Origin: Anaeramoeba ignava BMAN
Taxonomy: Eukaryota > Protista > Anaeramoebae
NCBI GenBank assembly: GCA_028826165.1
Contig: JAPDFW010000065.1
Location: forward strand, 434,001-498,000
DNA: 64,000 nucleotides
Direction of reading: 5' to 3'
The position numbers and the translations under genes were made by a program. Below, in pieces: positions 1 through 11,902 of the stretch. The stretch's first letter is position 1. The number at the start of each line of letters is the position of its first letter. Below the pieces are notes generated by a model, which saw only the letters and a list, made by a program, of their open reading frames with translations, was not told where the DNA came from and ran no database searches.

Positions 1-776
1 TTTAATTTTAATTTTAATTTTGATTTAAATTTAAATTTTGATTTTAATTTTGATTTTGATTTTGAATTTTGATTTTGATTTTGAATTTAATTTTTGAATT
101 TGATTTTAAATTTGATTTTAATTTCAATTTTGATTTTGATTTTGATTTTGATTTTAATTTGAATTTTGATTTTAATTTTAATTTTGATTTTGATTTTGAT
201 TTAATTTTAATTTTGATTTTGATTTTGATTTTGATTTTGATTTAAATTTTAATTTTGATTTTGATTTTAATTTTAATTTTAATTTTGATTTAATTTTAAT
301 TTTGATTTTGATTTTGATTTTGATTTTGATTTTGATTTTGATTTTGATTTTGATTTTCAATTTTGATTTTGATTTTGATTTAAATTTTGATTTTGATTTT
401 AATTTAAATTTTGATTTAAGTTTTGATTTTGATTTTAATTTCAATTTTAATTTTAATTTTGATTTTGATTTTGATTTTGATTTTAATTTTGATTTTAATT
501 TTGAATTTAATTTTGAATTTGATTTTGATTTTGAATTTTGATTTTGATTTTGATTTTAATTTTGATTTTGATTTTAATTTAAATTTTGATTTTGATTTTG
601 ATTTTAATTTGAATTTTGATTTTAAATTTTGATTTTGATTTTGAATTTGATTTTGATTTTGATTTTCAATTTTAATTTTGATTTGATTTTGATTTAAATT
701 TTGATTTTGATTTTAATTTTAATTTTGATTTTGATTTTGATTTTGATTTTGAATTTAATTTTTAAATTTGAATTAC
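1..776. repeat. (TTTTGA/TTTTAA)n hexamer microsatellite filling an SBDS intron
   Basis: Degenerate hexamer array. A GT donor lies at 776-775 on the minus strand, right after SBDS exon 4. Confidence 0.85.
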
Positions 777-1639
777 AATGACTTGGAGTATATTTTTCTC
801 TATTAACAGTTGCCCTTTTAAAATTAATTAAAAAAAATAAAATCAAATCAATAAATTTTCAAAAAAGAATTATTTGAGAAAAAATAATTTACCATTTTCG
901 AATAATTCCTTGTGATTGACCAAGATATTTATGAGGAATTTTCAATATTGCTTCAATTTCTACTTTTTTAACAGATAAAATTCCTGGAAGTTTTTTCAAT
1001 ATTTCTGTCATTTGTTCTTCAACAGGTTGATTCATATCAACATTAACTTTTGCATCTACAAGTGCATTTTCAATTCTTACAATCTTTTTTATAAAGAAAA
1101 TATTTTGGAAAATTCACAAATCCAAAAAAATTAATTGAAAATTTTTCAAAAAATTTGTTTTGAAATTAAGAATTAAAAATTTGAATAATTTAACGTTAAA
1201 TGTTTTGGAATAAATTCAACAAACAGGATGAGATTGGTTTGTTTTGGGATCAACAAAATATTTATGGATATAATTAATAATTTCTGCTTTTTTTTTATCA
1301 GTTTTTTCTTTTCTTTCATTTGAAGATAAATTAAGTTCTCCTTTATCTAAAATTGTAATAATACATGCATTTTTATCATCAGTTCCGAATGCTGAAATTA
1401 AATCTTGGTTTGATGCTTGAGTTAAAGCTCTATGATCAAGAAAAATCTAAAAAAAATTTTTTAAATTGAATTTTTTTAAATTGAATTTTTTTTAATTTAA
1501 AATTTACTGCATCTGATTCAAGAACATCATTTAATTTGCATTTATTATTTCTGTAATTTAAAACTGTTCCTGGTTTTGTTAAAATTTCAAATTTCTTTTT
1601 TTTAATTTTATAACGAACAATTTGATATTTTTCTGCCAT
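777..1639 (-). CDS. SBDS: Ribosome maturation protein SBDS/Sdo1 (3' part beyond window start)
   Basis: Spliced exons ~1639-1508, 1446-1225, 1083-893 and ~814-777 give IVRYKIKKKKFEILTKPG...DLISAFGTDD...ILDKGELNLSSNERKE...VDPKTNQSHP..RIENAL, which are SBDS family motifs. Boundaries are GT-AG. Confidence 0.9.
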
Positions 1640-1715
1640 TTATTTTTAAATTTTTAAATTTTGAAAAGAAAAAAATGAAAAATGAAAAAATGAAAAAATT
1701 AAAAAAAATAAAAAA

Positions 1716-3454
1716 TTAATCCATTTTTTTTGTTAATCCAACTTTGCACATATTTGCAATCATTCCAGATAATTGAATTAAAGTTCCATTTCCATTAACA
1801 ATTCTAAGATGAGTATTTGAAATTATCCTCAAAAATTCAAGTAAAATTTGTTCATCAATTTCTAATTTTCTTGAAACTCTAAACATTGTATTAATAATAT
1901 CCGTTGCAGAATATCCTTCATTCCATAAAGATACAAGTAATTTTTGTGCTTCTTTTATATTTCCATTCGAACATTCTTTTGTGATTGATTCAACAACTCC
2001 TGGATGTGGAATATCACATACTTTGAAAACATTATTTTGATCAACAAATCGAAATCCAACAAAAGTTGATTGAAGATTATTAATAGCTTGTCTCATATCT
2101 CCATCTAAATTAAAAAAGAGAAATAAAAAATTTTTTTAAAAAGTGGATTAGGGAAAAAAGTTCTCAATTTTTTTTTAAAATATTTTTTTTTTACCTGCTG
2201 TAAAAATTAATGCTTTTAATCCTTCTTCTGTAACAGAAATCTTTTAAAAAATTATAATTAAAATTTGAATAAAATTTGAATTTAAATAACTTCTTTTTTT
2301 AACTTACTTTTTCTTGTTCAATAAGATAATTTAATCTTGTTATAATTTCAGAATCATTTAATTTTCCAAATCTCATAATTGCACATCTACTTTGAATTGG
2401 TTCGATAATTTTATTTGAAAAATTACAAGCCAATGCAAATCTTGTTGTTTCAGAATATAGTTCCATTGTTCTTCTCAAAGCTTGTTGAGCAGGTTCAGTC
2501 ATACTAAATCAATAAATTTTTTAATTTTTTATCCGATTTTAATTTTGATTTTAATTTTGAAATGAATTTTGATTTTAATTTTAATTTTAATTTTGATTTT
2601 GATTTTAATTTTAATTTTAATTTTTGATTTTAATTTTTAATTTTTGATTTTAATTTTAATTTTAATTTTAATTTTAATTTTAATTTTAATTTTAATTTTA
2701 ATTTTTAATTTTAATTTTTGATTTTAATTTTAATTTTAATTTTAATTTTAATTTTGATTTTAATTTTAATTTTAATTTTGATTTTAAATTTTAATTTTAA
2801 TTTTAATTTTAATTTTAATTTTAATTTTAATTTTAATTTTAATTTTAATTTTAATTTTAATTTTAATTTTAATTTTAATTTTAATTTTAAATTGAAAAAA
2901 AAAAGAAAAACAACCTATCAGCTTCATCTAAAATAACAATTTTATGTCTTCCTTCAGAAAGTGTTGCTTTACTTTTAGCAAACATTTTAATTTTTGAACG
3001 AACAACATCAATTCCTCTATCATCAGAAGCATTTAATTCAAGAACATATTTTCTATAACTATTACCAAGTAATTGTCTTGCAAGACATAAAATACTTGTT
3101 GTTTTTCCTGTTCCTGGTGAACCTGTAAGAATTAAATTTGGTAAATTTCCTTCATTTGCAATAATTTTTAATCTGGAAATAATTTCCTTTTAAATTTTAA
3201 TTATAATTTTAATTTTTAATTTTAATTTTAATTTTAATTTTGAAATGAATTTTAATTTTAATTTTTAATTTTAATTTTAAAATGAATTTTGAAATGAATT
3301 TTAATTTTAATTTTTGATTTTAATTTTAATTTTAATTTTAATTTTTCACTTCATTTCCAACAATCTCATTTAAATTTTTGGGTCTATATTTTTCAACCCA
3401 AGGTATATTTTGATGTTCTTTTTTTTGTTTTTCATTTTCGTTTTCAATTTGCAT
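1716..3454 (-). CDS. RFC2: Replication factor C small subunit (human RFC2 / yeast Rfc4 type), multi-exon
   Basis: PWVEKYRP, Walker [50 protein letters not shown] and the SRC motif. Exons include 3454-3350, 3186-2915 and 2503-~2308, plus further exons down to 1716. Confidence 0.93.
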
Positions 3455-3539
3455 TTTTTTTAATTTCAAAAAATAAAAAATGAAAAATGAAAAAAATTAA
3501 AATCAAAAATTATTTTTTTCATTTTTTTTCTTTTCAAAA

Positions 3540-5344
3540 ATGAATGAAATTATATTTTTTGGTCAAAATGAATTCCAAAACTTATCAAAAATGAACCAAA
3601 TAAAATAATAAAACCAATTCAATTTAAATTTGAAAATGAAAATGAAAATGAAAATGAAAAACAAATTAAACAACTTTCATCAAGTGAACTTTCAACAATT
3701 TTCCTTTTTAAAAATGGAAAAGCAATAGAATATTTAGAAAATTCAAAACAAAATCCTCAAAAAATTCAAATTGAAAATATTCAAAAAGTAACTGTTAGTT
3801 GTGAAAATGAAGCTATTTTAACAATAGAAGGAAATGTATTTGCAAAAGGAAATAATATTAATCCAAAAAAACCAAAAGAATTTATCAATATTTCATCATT
3901 AATTAAAGATAAAAATGATAGAATAATTCAAGATGCTGTTTCTGGAGCTCTTGCAATTTACTTATTAACTTCAAATCAAAATGTTTATGGAATTGGCTCA
4001 AATGAATTTTGCCAACTTGGTTTTGATTCTGAAACACTTCCAAAAACAGAAAAACCAATTTTAATGATGAAAAATGTTTCTAAAATATTTTCAGGAAATA
4101 CTTCTTCTCATGTTTTTCTTTTAAATTCAAATCAAGAATTATTTGGATGCGGATATAATGAAGATGGTCAACTTGGATTAGGAGAATCAAAAAAAGAAAC
4201 AGAAATCCATAAATTAATCAAAATCCAAAATATTCCAAAAGGCAAAATAATTGATATTCAATGTGGGTTTTCTCATTCAATAATGCTGATTGAAAATGAA
4301 GATGAAAATCCAAACAGAAAACTTTATTCATGTGGAAATTATCTATTTAATGGACTTGGCAAAAATAAAAATACTTATGAATTTACTGAAATCAAATCAT
4401 CTTTATTTGAAAATGATGATAATATTCTTGATTTTTCTTGTGGAGGTTTTCATAATTTGGTTTTAACATATAAAGGGAAATTAATTGGATTTGGAAATAA
4501 TTATTCTGGTCAATTAGGAACTGGAGATACAGAAGATCAATTAATTCCAATTCAAATTGAAATTCCTAAATTAAGATTTAATGAAAATATTTCTAATTAT
4601 CATGTTTTTTGTGGAGATGACAGTTCATTTCTTTATTATTCTCCTTTTTCTTTTTCCAATCTTGAAGAAGATTTGATAAAATTATTTAGAAGAAAAGAAT
4701 TTTGTAATATTTCATTTAAAACAGAAAATGGAGAAATAATCAAAGCTCATAAATTAATATTGAAATATAGATTAAATCAAAATCAAAATGAAATTGAAAA
4801 ACTTAAAGAAATTATTTCAAAAAAATCAATTAAAGAATCAAATCAAATATTTGAAATGATTTATTCAAATAATTCCAAAATAAATCCAAAATTATATTCT
4901 GAAATTAAAGAAATTATAAATTCCAATGAAAAAATAGAAGAAACAATGAAAAGAATTTATTTAAATGAAAATGAAAATGAAAATGAAAAAGATTTTATTA
5001 TTGAAAGAAAAGAAAAACAATATAAATTTCCTAAATTAATATTAATAATGAGAAGTGAATTATATCGAGGAATGTTTTTATCTGTTACAGAAGATAAATC
5101 TAATAAAGTTACAGATTATAGTGAATTAAGTAATGAATCATTTCAAATATTTGAATATTGGATTTATTCAAATCAAATTAAAGAAGGAATTCAAATTACA
5201 CAAGAAATCATTAATGAAATTAAAATTGGAATTGATTATTTTCAATTAAATCAAACAAATCCAAATTTATTTGATTTATTAATTAAAAAATTTGATAATC
5301 AAAATCAAAAACAGAAATCAAAAGAAAAATGTTTAATTTTTTAA
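3540..5344 (+). CDS. RCC1-repeat + tandem BTB/POZ protein with C-terminal CaaX (CLIF), copy 1; 1-nt frameshift near 3573
   Basis: Near-identical to the intact 9780-11582 copy. RCC1 motifs GxNxxGQLG and BTB motifs CNISF...AHKLIL and RSELYRGMF are present. AATTCC here versus AATATCC in paralogues gives the frameshift. Confidence 0.85.
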
Positions 5345-5664
5345 TAATTAAAATTAAAATTAAAATTAAAATGTTTAATTTTTTAATAATTAAAATCGAT
5401 TTAATTTAATATTGAATTTATTTTCGTTTCATTTTAATATTTTAATTAATGAATTTAAATTTAGTTATTATTAATTTCTATTTTCAATTTTTATTTTGGT
5501 TTAATATTTTCTTTTTCATTTAATCTTCTTTTTAATAATATTTTTAATTTAAAATTAATTTTTAAAATTTGTTTTGTTTCTTATTTATTGATTTGAAGAA
5601 TTTAAATTGATTAAAAGTAAATTAAAATTGAATTGAATTTTGAAAAAAAAAAAGAAAAAAGCTT

Positions 5665-8600
5665 TTAAATAAAATAAGTTTCAAGTTCATCAACAATCCA
5701 TGAATTCTCAGAACCAGCTAAATAACTATTAGCCTCTTTTGATTTAAATTTAATTCCATCAGGTAGATTATAATTATAACCAAAATTTGAATTACCAGAT
5801 TGTAATTTCGAATTTACAACAAAATCACCTATACATATTTTAATAAAGATAAATAATTATTTAATTTAGATTTATTTAATTTTAAATTGAAATAATGATA
5901 TTATTGATTATATTAATATTTTGGATTATTTATTAATTTAATTTTAATTATAATAATAAAAATTATTTACCATCTGTTTTGATCAAGATAAATAATTAAT
6001 TAATTTAAAATTTATTTAATTTTAAATTGAAATAATGATATTATTTATTATATTTATATTTTGGATTATTTATTAATTTCATTTTAATTATAATAATAAA
6101 TTATTTACAAGCTATTTTAATAAAAATAAAATTAATTTTATTAATAATTAATAATTATTTAATTTAAAATTAATTTTATTTTTAAATTGAAATAATGATA
6201 TTATTTATTATATTAATATTTTGGATTATTTATTAATTTAATTTTAATTATAATAATAAATTATTTACGATCTATTTTAATAAAGATAAATAATTAATTT
6301 TAATAATAATTAATAATAATTTAATTTAAAATTGATTTTATTTTAAATTGAAATAATGATATTATTTATTATATTAATATTTTGGATTATTTATTAATTT
6401 AATTTTAATTATAATAATAAATTATTTACGAACTATTTTAATAAAGATAAATAATTAATTTTAATAATAATTTAATTTAAAATTAATTTTATTTTAAATT
6501 GAAATAATAATATTATTTATATTTTTGGATTATAATAATAATAATTATAATTATTTACTAACTATTTTAATCAAAATAAATAATTAATTTTAATAATAAT
6601 TAATAATTATTAAATTTAAAATTAATTTTATTTTAAATTGAAATAATGATATTATTGATTATATTTATATTTTGGATTATTTATTAATTTAATTTTAATT
6701 ATAATAATAAATATTTACAATCTATTTTAATAAAGATAAATAATTAATTTTAATAATAATTAATAATTATTAAATTTAATTTAAAATTAATTTTATTTTA
6801 AATTGAAATAATGATATTATTTATTATATTAATATTTTGGATTATTTATTAATTTAATTTTAATTATAATAATAAATTATTTACAATCTATTTTAATAAA
6901 GATAAATAATTAATTTTAATAATTAATAATTTAATTTAAAATTAATTTTATTTTTAAATTGAAATAATAATATTATTTATTAATTTAATTTTAATTATAA
7001 TAATAAATATTTACAATCTATTTTAATAAAGATAAATAATTAATTTTAATAATAATTTAATTTAAAATTTATTTTATTTTAAATTGAAATAATAATATTA
7101 TTTATTAATTTAATTTTAATTATAATAATAAATATTTACCATCTATTTTAATAAAGATAAATAATTAATTTTAATAATAATTAATAATAATTTAATTTAG
7201 ATTTATTTAATTTTAAATTGAAATAATGATATTATTTATTAATTTAATTTTAATTATAATAATAAATATTTATTATTCACATCCAAAAGCTGGACCATAA
7301 TCATAAAAATAAAAAATTGCATATTTTTGTTTTCCTTGTTGTGTTGGAAATAGATCTTCTTTTCTATCCCCTTTATCATTTCTTAATGAAAAAATAAATG
7401 CATTTGGATCTTGAATCCATCCTCCTTCAGAATTATGAGGATTCATTTTACTCCATTTTGATTTATCATTTGTCCATCCAACTTGAGTAAATCCTCCAAA
7501 AATAAAATTATCTTTTGTTTTGATAATAACTAATGTTTTTCCTTTATCATCACAAATATTATGCCATGTTTTAGAATCAAATCCATTTTTTTTTGCTGAA
7601 AATCCTTTTTTCATTTTATAACAAAAACTAGAATCATTTATCCATTCTTGTAATTTCTTAACATATTTAATCTCTGTAATAATTTCTGAATCTGAAAAAA
7701 TCTTTTGAAATTCCATCAACTCAAATCCTTGTTTGATTTCCTCAATTTCTTCCTTCCATTTCTCTTCCATTTCTTGCTTTGTGTTTTCCAATTCTTTCTG
7801 AAATGATAATTGAAGATTATGAATTTCTTCATCTTTTTTCTCATTTTGTAACTTTAAATCCAAAATTTCCTTTCTTTTTTTATCATTTTCAGATTCAAAT
7901 GATTTGATTCTTTTATCTCTTCTTTTAATTTTCTTTTCTCTTCTTTTAATTTTCTTTTCTTTTTCATTGATTTTTTGTTGATTTTCCTTATCTTGAATTT
8001 GAAAAATAGTTCTTTCAAGATTAATTAAAAACGATTTTGGAAGAAAAATATCAAATTGTTTTAATTTATCAAAATCTTGTTTTGAAATTGAATCTTTATC
8101 AAATAATGAAAAAAAAGAATGAAATAATCTTTTCTTTTCAATTCCCTTTTGTTTTTCTTTTTCTTTTTCTTTCTTTCTTTTTAATTTTTCATTTCTTTCT
8201 TTTTAATTTTTCATTTCTTTTTTGAATCCAATTATTTAAAAATTGAAAAAAATCAAATTGAAAAATTTCTTTTTTTTCTTGTTTAAATTGAATAAATTTG
8301 ATAATTTCTTCTTTAGTTAAATTGAATAAATTCTCATTATTTTGAATTTGGGAAAAATTTTGATTTATTAATTCAAAACATTTTATTTCAATTTCATTTG
8401 AATTTAAATTTCGATTTTGGAATAAAAATTGGAAAAAATTTGAATAATTAATTGAATTTAAAATTTTTTTTTGAATAATTTCTTTCAATAAATTTAATTT
8501 AAAATAAATTGAAATTTCCAATAATTGAATAAGATTTTCTTGATTCTCAAAAGAAATATTTCCATAATAAATATATTTCAAAATTGATTCCATTTCTTTT

Positions 8601-8887
8601 TTATTAAAGTTATTTAAAAATATTTTATCAATATCATTTTGTCCTTTTAAAGACTCATTAAAAAAAGGAGATCTTGAAGATAAAATTGATTTATGAACTT
8701 TAAATTCAAAAGTATTTGATCCATTCTCAACAAAAATTGAAAAATCAGTAAATGAATTTCCATTTAAAAGGTTTGAATAATCTTTAATTAAATTTTTTGT
8801 TACTTTTTTTTCTAAATTTTTCATTTCATTTTCATTTTGATTTTGATTTGCATTTTCAATTTGGTTATTATTATCATTATTATCCAT
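5665..8887 (-). CDS. BTB/POZ + coiled coil + TLDc domain protein, copy 1 (frameshift from a 22-bp tandem duplication at 8175-8218; microexon array in last intron region)
   Basis: BTB: FTDFSIFV..FKVHKSILSSRSPFF. TLDc: GFDSKTWHNICDDKGKTLVIIKT..FIFGGFT..DPNAFIFSL..GPAFG. Terminal exon 5828-5665 reads DFVVN..SNFG..YLAGSENSWIVDELETYFI*. Confidence 0.85.
5829..7280 (-). repeat. Tandem array of ten 122-163 nt GT-AG intron units separated by nine 3-nt putative microexons
   Basis: Each junction reads AAAA(T/C)AG-NNN-GTAAAT on the minus strand. Triplets: 7142-7140 ATG, 7017-7015 ATT, 6887-6885 ATT, 6721-6719 ATT, 6561-6559 TTA, 6432-6430 TTC, 6271-6269 ATC, 6111-6109 CTT, 5973-5971 ATG. Confidence 0.85.
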
Positions 8888-9284
8888 TTTGTTTTTTGTT
8901 TTTTGTTTTTGTTTTTTATGTTTTAAAAAAAAAGGAAAAAAATGAAAAAAATAAAAATGAATATTTTTTTCCATTTTTTGAAAATAAATAAAAATATAAA
9001 AAATAAGAATAAATTTAAATTAATAATTAATTTAATTTTCTTTTTAATTTATTATTTTAAATTAATTTATTAATAAATTATTATTATTTTTTATTAATTT
9101 TTATTATTAAAAAAAAAGGAAAATTATTTTAATTTAATTTTTAATTTAATTTTTTTTTTTGGAATTTAAAAATTATTAATAAATTTAAATTTTAAAACAA
9201 TTTTCTAAGTTAATATTAATTCAATTTAATTCAAAAAAAAAGATAAAATTTTAATTTCAAAAAAATCAATTTTCAAAATATTTT

Positions 9285-9705
9285 TAAATAATAAAATAAT
9301 TAAATCTAAAACAATAAATTATTATTTTAAACATAGAATTAAATATTAAATTATATTTTTTAAATTAATTTATAAATTAAATATTAAATTAAATCTATTC
9401 TTATTTTTATATTTTTATGTAAAATATTTAAATAATAAAATATTTAAATTTAAAACAATAAATTATTATTTTAATAATAAAATTAAATATTAAATTATAT
9501 TTTTAAATTAATTTATAAATTAAATATTAAATTAAATCTATTCTCATTTCTTATATTTATATGTTAAATATTTAAATAATAAAATATTAAAATTTAAAAC
9601 ATTAAATTATTATTTTAATAATAAAATTAAATATTAAATTATATTTTCAAATTAATTTATAAATTAAATATTAAATTAAACTATTCTCATTTTTTATATT
9701 TAATA
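9285..9705. repeat. ~143-bp AT-rich tandem repeat (3 units) between divergent BTB-TLDc and RCC1-BTB genes
   Basis: The unit with TAAAACAATAAATTATTATTTT...AAATTAAATCTATTCT recurs at ~9301, ~9444 and ~9588. Confidence 0.75.
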
Positions 9706-9779
9706 AACAAATTTTCAAAATATTTTTCCAAATTAATAAAATTCCAAAATTATTTTTTTCATTTTTTTTCTTTTTAAAA

Positions 9780-11582
9780 ATGAATGAAATTATATTTTTT
9801 GGTCAAAATGAATATCCAATCCTTTTCAAAAATGAATCAAATAAAATAATAAAACCAATTCAATTTAAATTTGAAAATGAAAATGAAAATGAAAATGAAA
9901 ATGAAAAACAAATTAAACAACTTTCATCAAGTGAACTTTCAACAATTTTCCTTTTTGAAAATGGAAAAGCAATAGAATATTTAGAAAATTCAAAACAAAA
10001 TCCTCAAAAAATTCAAATTGAAAATATTCAAAAAGTAACTGTTAGTTGTGAAAATGAAGCTATTTTAACAATAGAAGGAAATGTATTTGCCAAAGGATAT
10101 AATATTAATCCAAAAAAACCAAATAATTTTATCAATATTTCATCATTAATTAAAAATAAAAATGATAGAATAATTCAAGATATTGTTTCTGGAGATAGTT
10201 CAATTTATTTATTAAGTTCAAATCAAAATGTTTATGGAATTGGTTCTAATTATTCTGGTCAACTTGGTTTTGATTCTGATGCACTTGATGAAACAAAAAA
10301 ACCAATTTTAATGATGAAAAATGTTTCTAAAATATTTTCAGGAAATACTTCTTCACATGTTTTTCTTTTAAATTCAAATCAAGAATTATTTGGATGCGGA
10401 TATAATGAAGATGGTCAACTTGGATTAGGAGAATCAACAAAAGAAGAAACAGAAATCCATAAATTAACCAAAATCCAAAATATTCCAAAAGGCAAAATAA
10501 TTGATATTCAATGTGCAGATTCTCATTCAATAATTTTGATTGAAAATGAAAATGAAAACAGAAAACTTTATTCATGTGGAAATTATTCATATAATGGACT
10601 TGGCAAAAATAAAAATACTTATGAATTTACTGAAATCAAATCATCTTTATTTGAAAATGATGATAATATTCTTGATTTTTCTTGTGGAGGTTTTCATAAT
10701 TTGATTTTAACAACTAAAGGGAAATTAATTGGATTTGGAAATAATTATTCTGGTCAATTAGGAACTGGAGATACAGAAGATCAATTAATTCCAATTCAAA
10801 TTAAACTTCCTAAATTAAGATTTAATGAAAATATTTCTAATTATCATGTTCTTTGTGGAGATGACAGTTCATTTCTTTATTATTCTCCTTTTTCTTTTTC
10901 CAATCTTGAAGAAGATTTGATAAAATTATTTAGAAGAAAAGAATTTTGTGATATTTCATTTAAAACCAAAAATGGAGAAATAATCAAAGCTCATAAATTA
11001 ATATTGAAATATAGATTAAATCAAAATCAAAATGAAATTGAAAAACTTAAAGAAATTATTTCAAAAAAATCAATTAAAGAATCAAATCAAATATTTGAAA
11101 TGATTTATTCAAATAATTCCAAAATAAATCCAAAATTATATTCTGAAATTAAAGAAATTATAAATTCAAATGAAAAAATTGAAGAAACAATGAAAAGAAT
11201 TTATTTAAATGAAAATGAAAATGAAAAAGATTTTATAATTGAAAGAAAAGATAAAGAATATAAATTTCCTAAATTAATATTAATAATGAGAAGTGAATTA
11301 TATCGAGGAATGTTTTTATCTGTTACAGAAGATAAATCTAATAAAGTTACAGATTATAGTGAATTAAGTAATAAATCATTTCAAATATTTGAATATTGGA
11401 TTTATTCAAATCAAATTAAAGAAGGAATTCAAATTACACAAGAAATCATTGATGAAATTAAAATTGGAATTGATTATTTTCAATTAAATCAAACAAATCC
11501 AAATTTATTTGATTTATTAATTAACAAATTTAATAATCAAAATCAAAAACAGAAATCAAAAGAAAAATGTTTAATTTTTTAA
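9780..11582 (+). CDS. RCC1-repeat + tandem BTB protein with CaaX (CLIF), copy 2 (intact)
   Basis: 600-aa intronless ORF with GxNxxGQLG repeats, two BTB-like domains and the ending KSKEKCLIF. Confidence 0.92.
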   Translation: MNEIIFFGQNEYPILFKNESNKIIKPIQFKFENENENENENEKQIKQLSSSELSTIFLFENGKAIEYLENSKQNPQKIQIENIQKVTVSCENEAILTIEGNVFAKGYNINPKKPNNFINISSLIKNKNDRIIQDIVSGDSSIYLLSSNQNVYGIGSNYSGQLGFDSDALDETKKPILMMKNVSKIFSGNTSSHVFLLNSNQELFGCGYNEDGQLGLGESTKEETEIHKLTKIQNIPKGKIIDIQCADSHSIILIENENENRKLYSCGNYSYNGLGKNKNTYEFTEIKSSLFENDDNILDFSCGGFHNLILTTKGKLIGFGNNYSGQLGTGDTEDQLIPIQIKLPKLRFNENISNYHVLCGDDSSFLYYSPFSFSNLEEDLIKLFRRKEFCDISFKTKNGEIIKAHKLILKYRLNQNQNEIEKLKEIISKKSIKESNQIFEMIYSNNSKINPKLYSEIKEIINSNEKIEETMKRIYLNENENEKDFIIERKDKEYKFPKLILIMRSELYRGMFLSVTEDKSNKVTDYSELSNKSFQIFEYWIYSNQIKEGIQITQEIIDEIKIGIDYFQLNQTNPNLFDLLINKFNNQNQKQKSKEKCLIF

Positions 11583-11902
11583 TAATTAAAATTAAAATTA
11601 AAATTAAAATGTTTAATTTTTTAATAATTAAAATCGATTTAATTTAATATTGAATTTATTTTCGTTTCATTTTAATATTTTAATTAATGAATTTAAATTT
11701 AGTTATTATTAATTTCTATTTTCAATTTTTATTTTGGTTTAATATTTTCTTTTTCATTTAATCTTCTTTTTAATAATATTTTTAATTTAAAATTAATTTT
11801 TAAAATTTGTTTTGTTTCTTATTTATTGATTTGAAGAATTTAAATTGATTAAAAGTAAATTAAAATTGAATTGAATTTTGAAAAAAAAATGAAAAATAGT
11901 TT

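Noticed and set aside
178-632. ORFs of ILIL/KSKS/FDFD/LNINYI type here and at 2718, 36525-38119, 40938, 48965, 53654 and 61569
   Set aside because: They are translations of microsatellites in introns, or antisense and alternative frames of NQ tracts.
1-776. Telomeric repeat at the window start
   Set aside because: It is a degenerate motif found throughout the window, and it lies inside an SBDS intron.
3540-3600. Pseudogene calls for RCC1-BTB copies 1, 3, 5 and 6
   Set aside because: They show only small indels and no other decay. These cannot be distinguished from sequencing error without reads.
5829-7280. CRISPR-like array (conserved repeats with variable spacers)
   Set aside because: The variable part is only 3 nt, the units are AT-rich introns, the context is eukaryotic and there are no cas genes.
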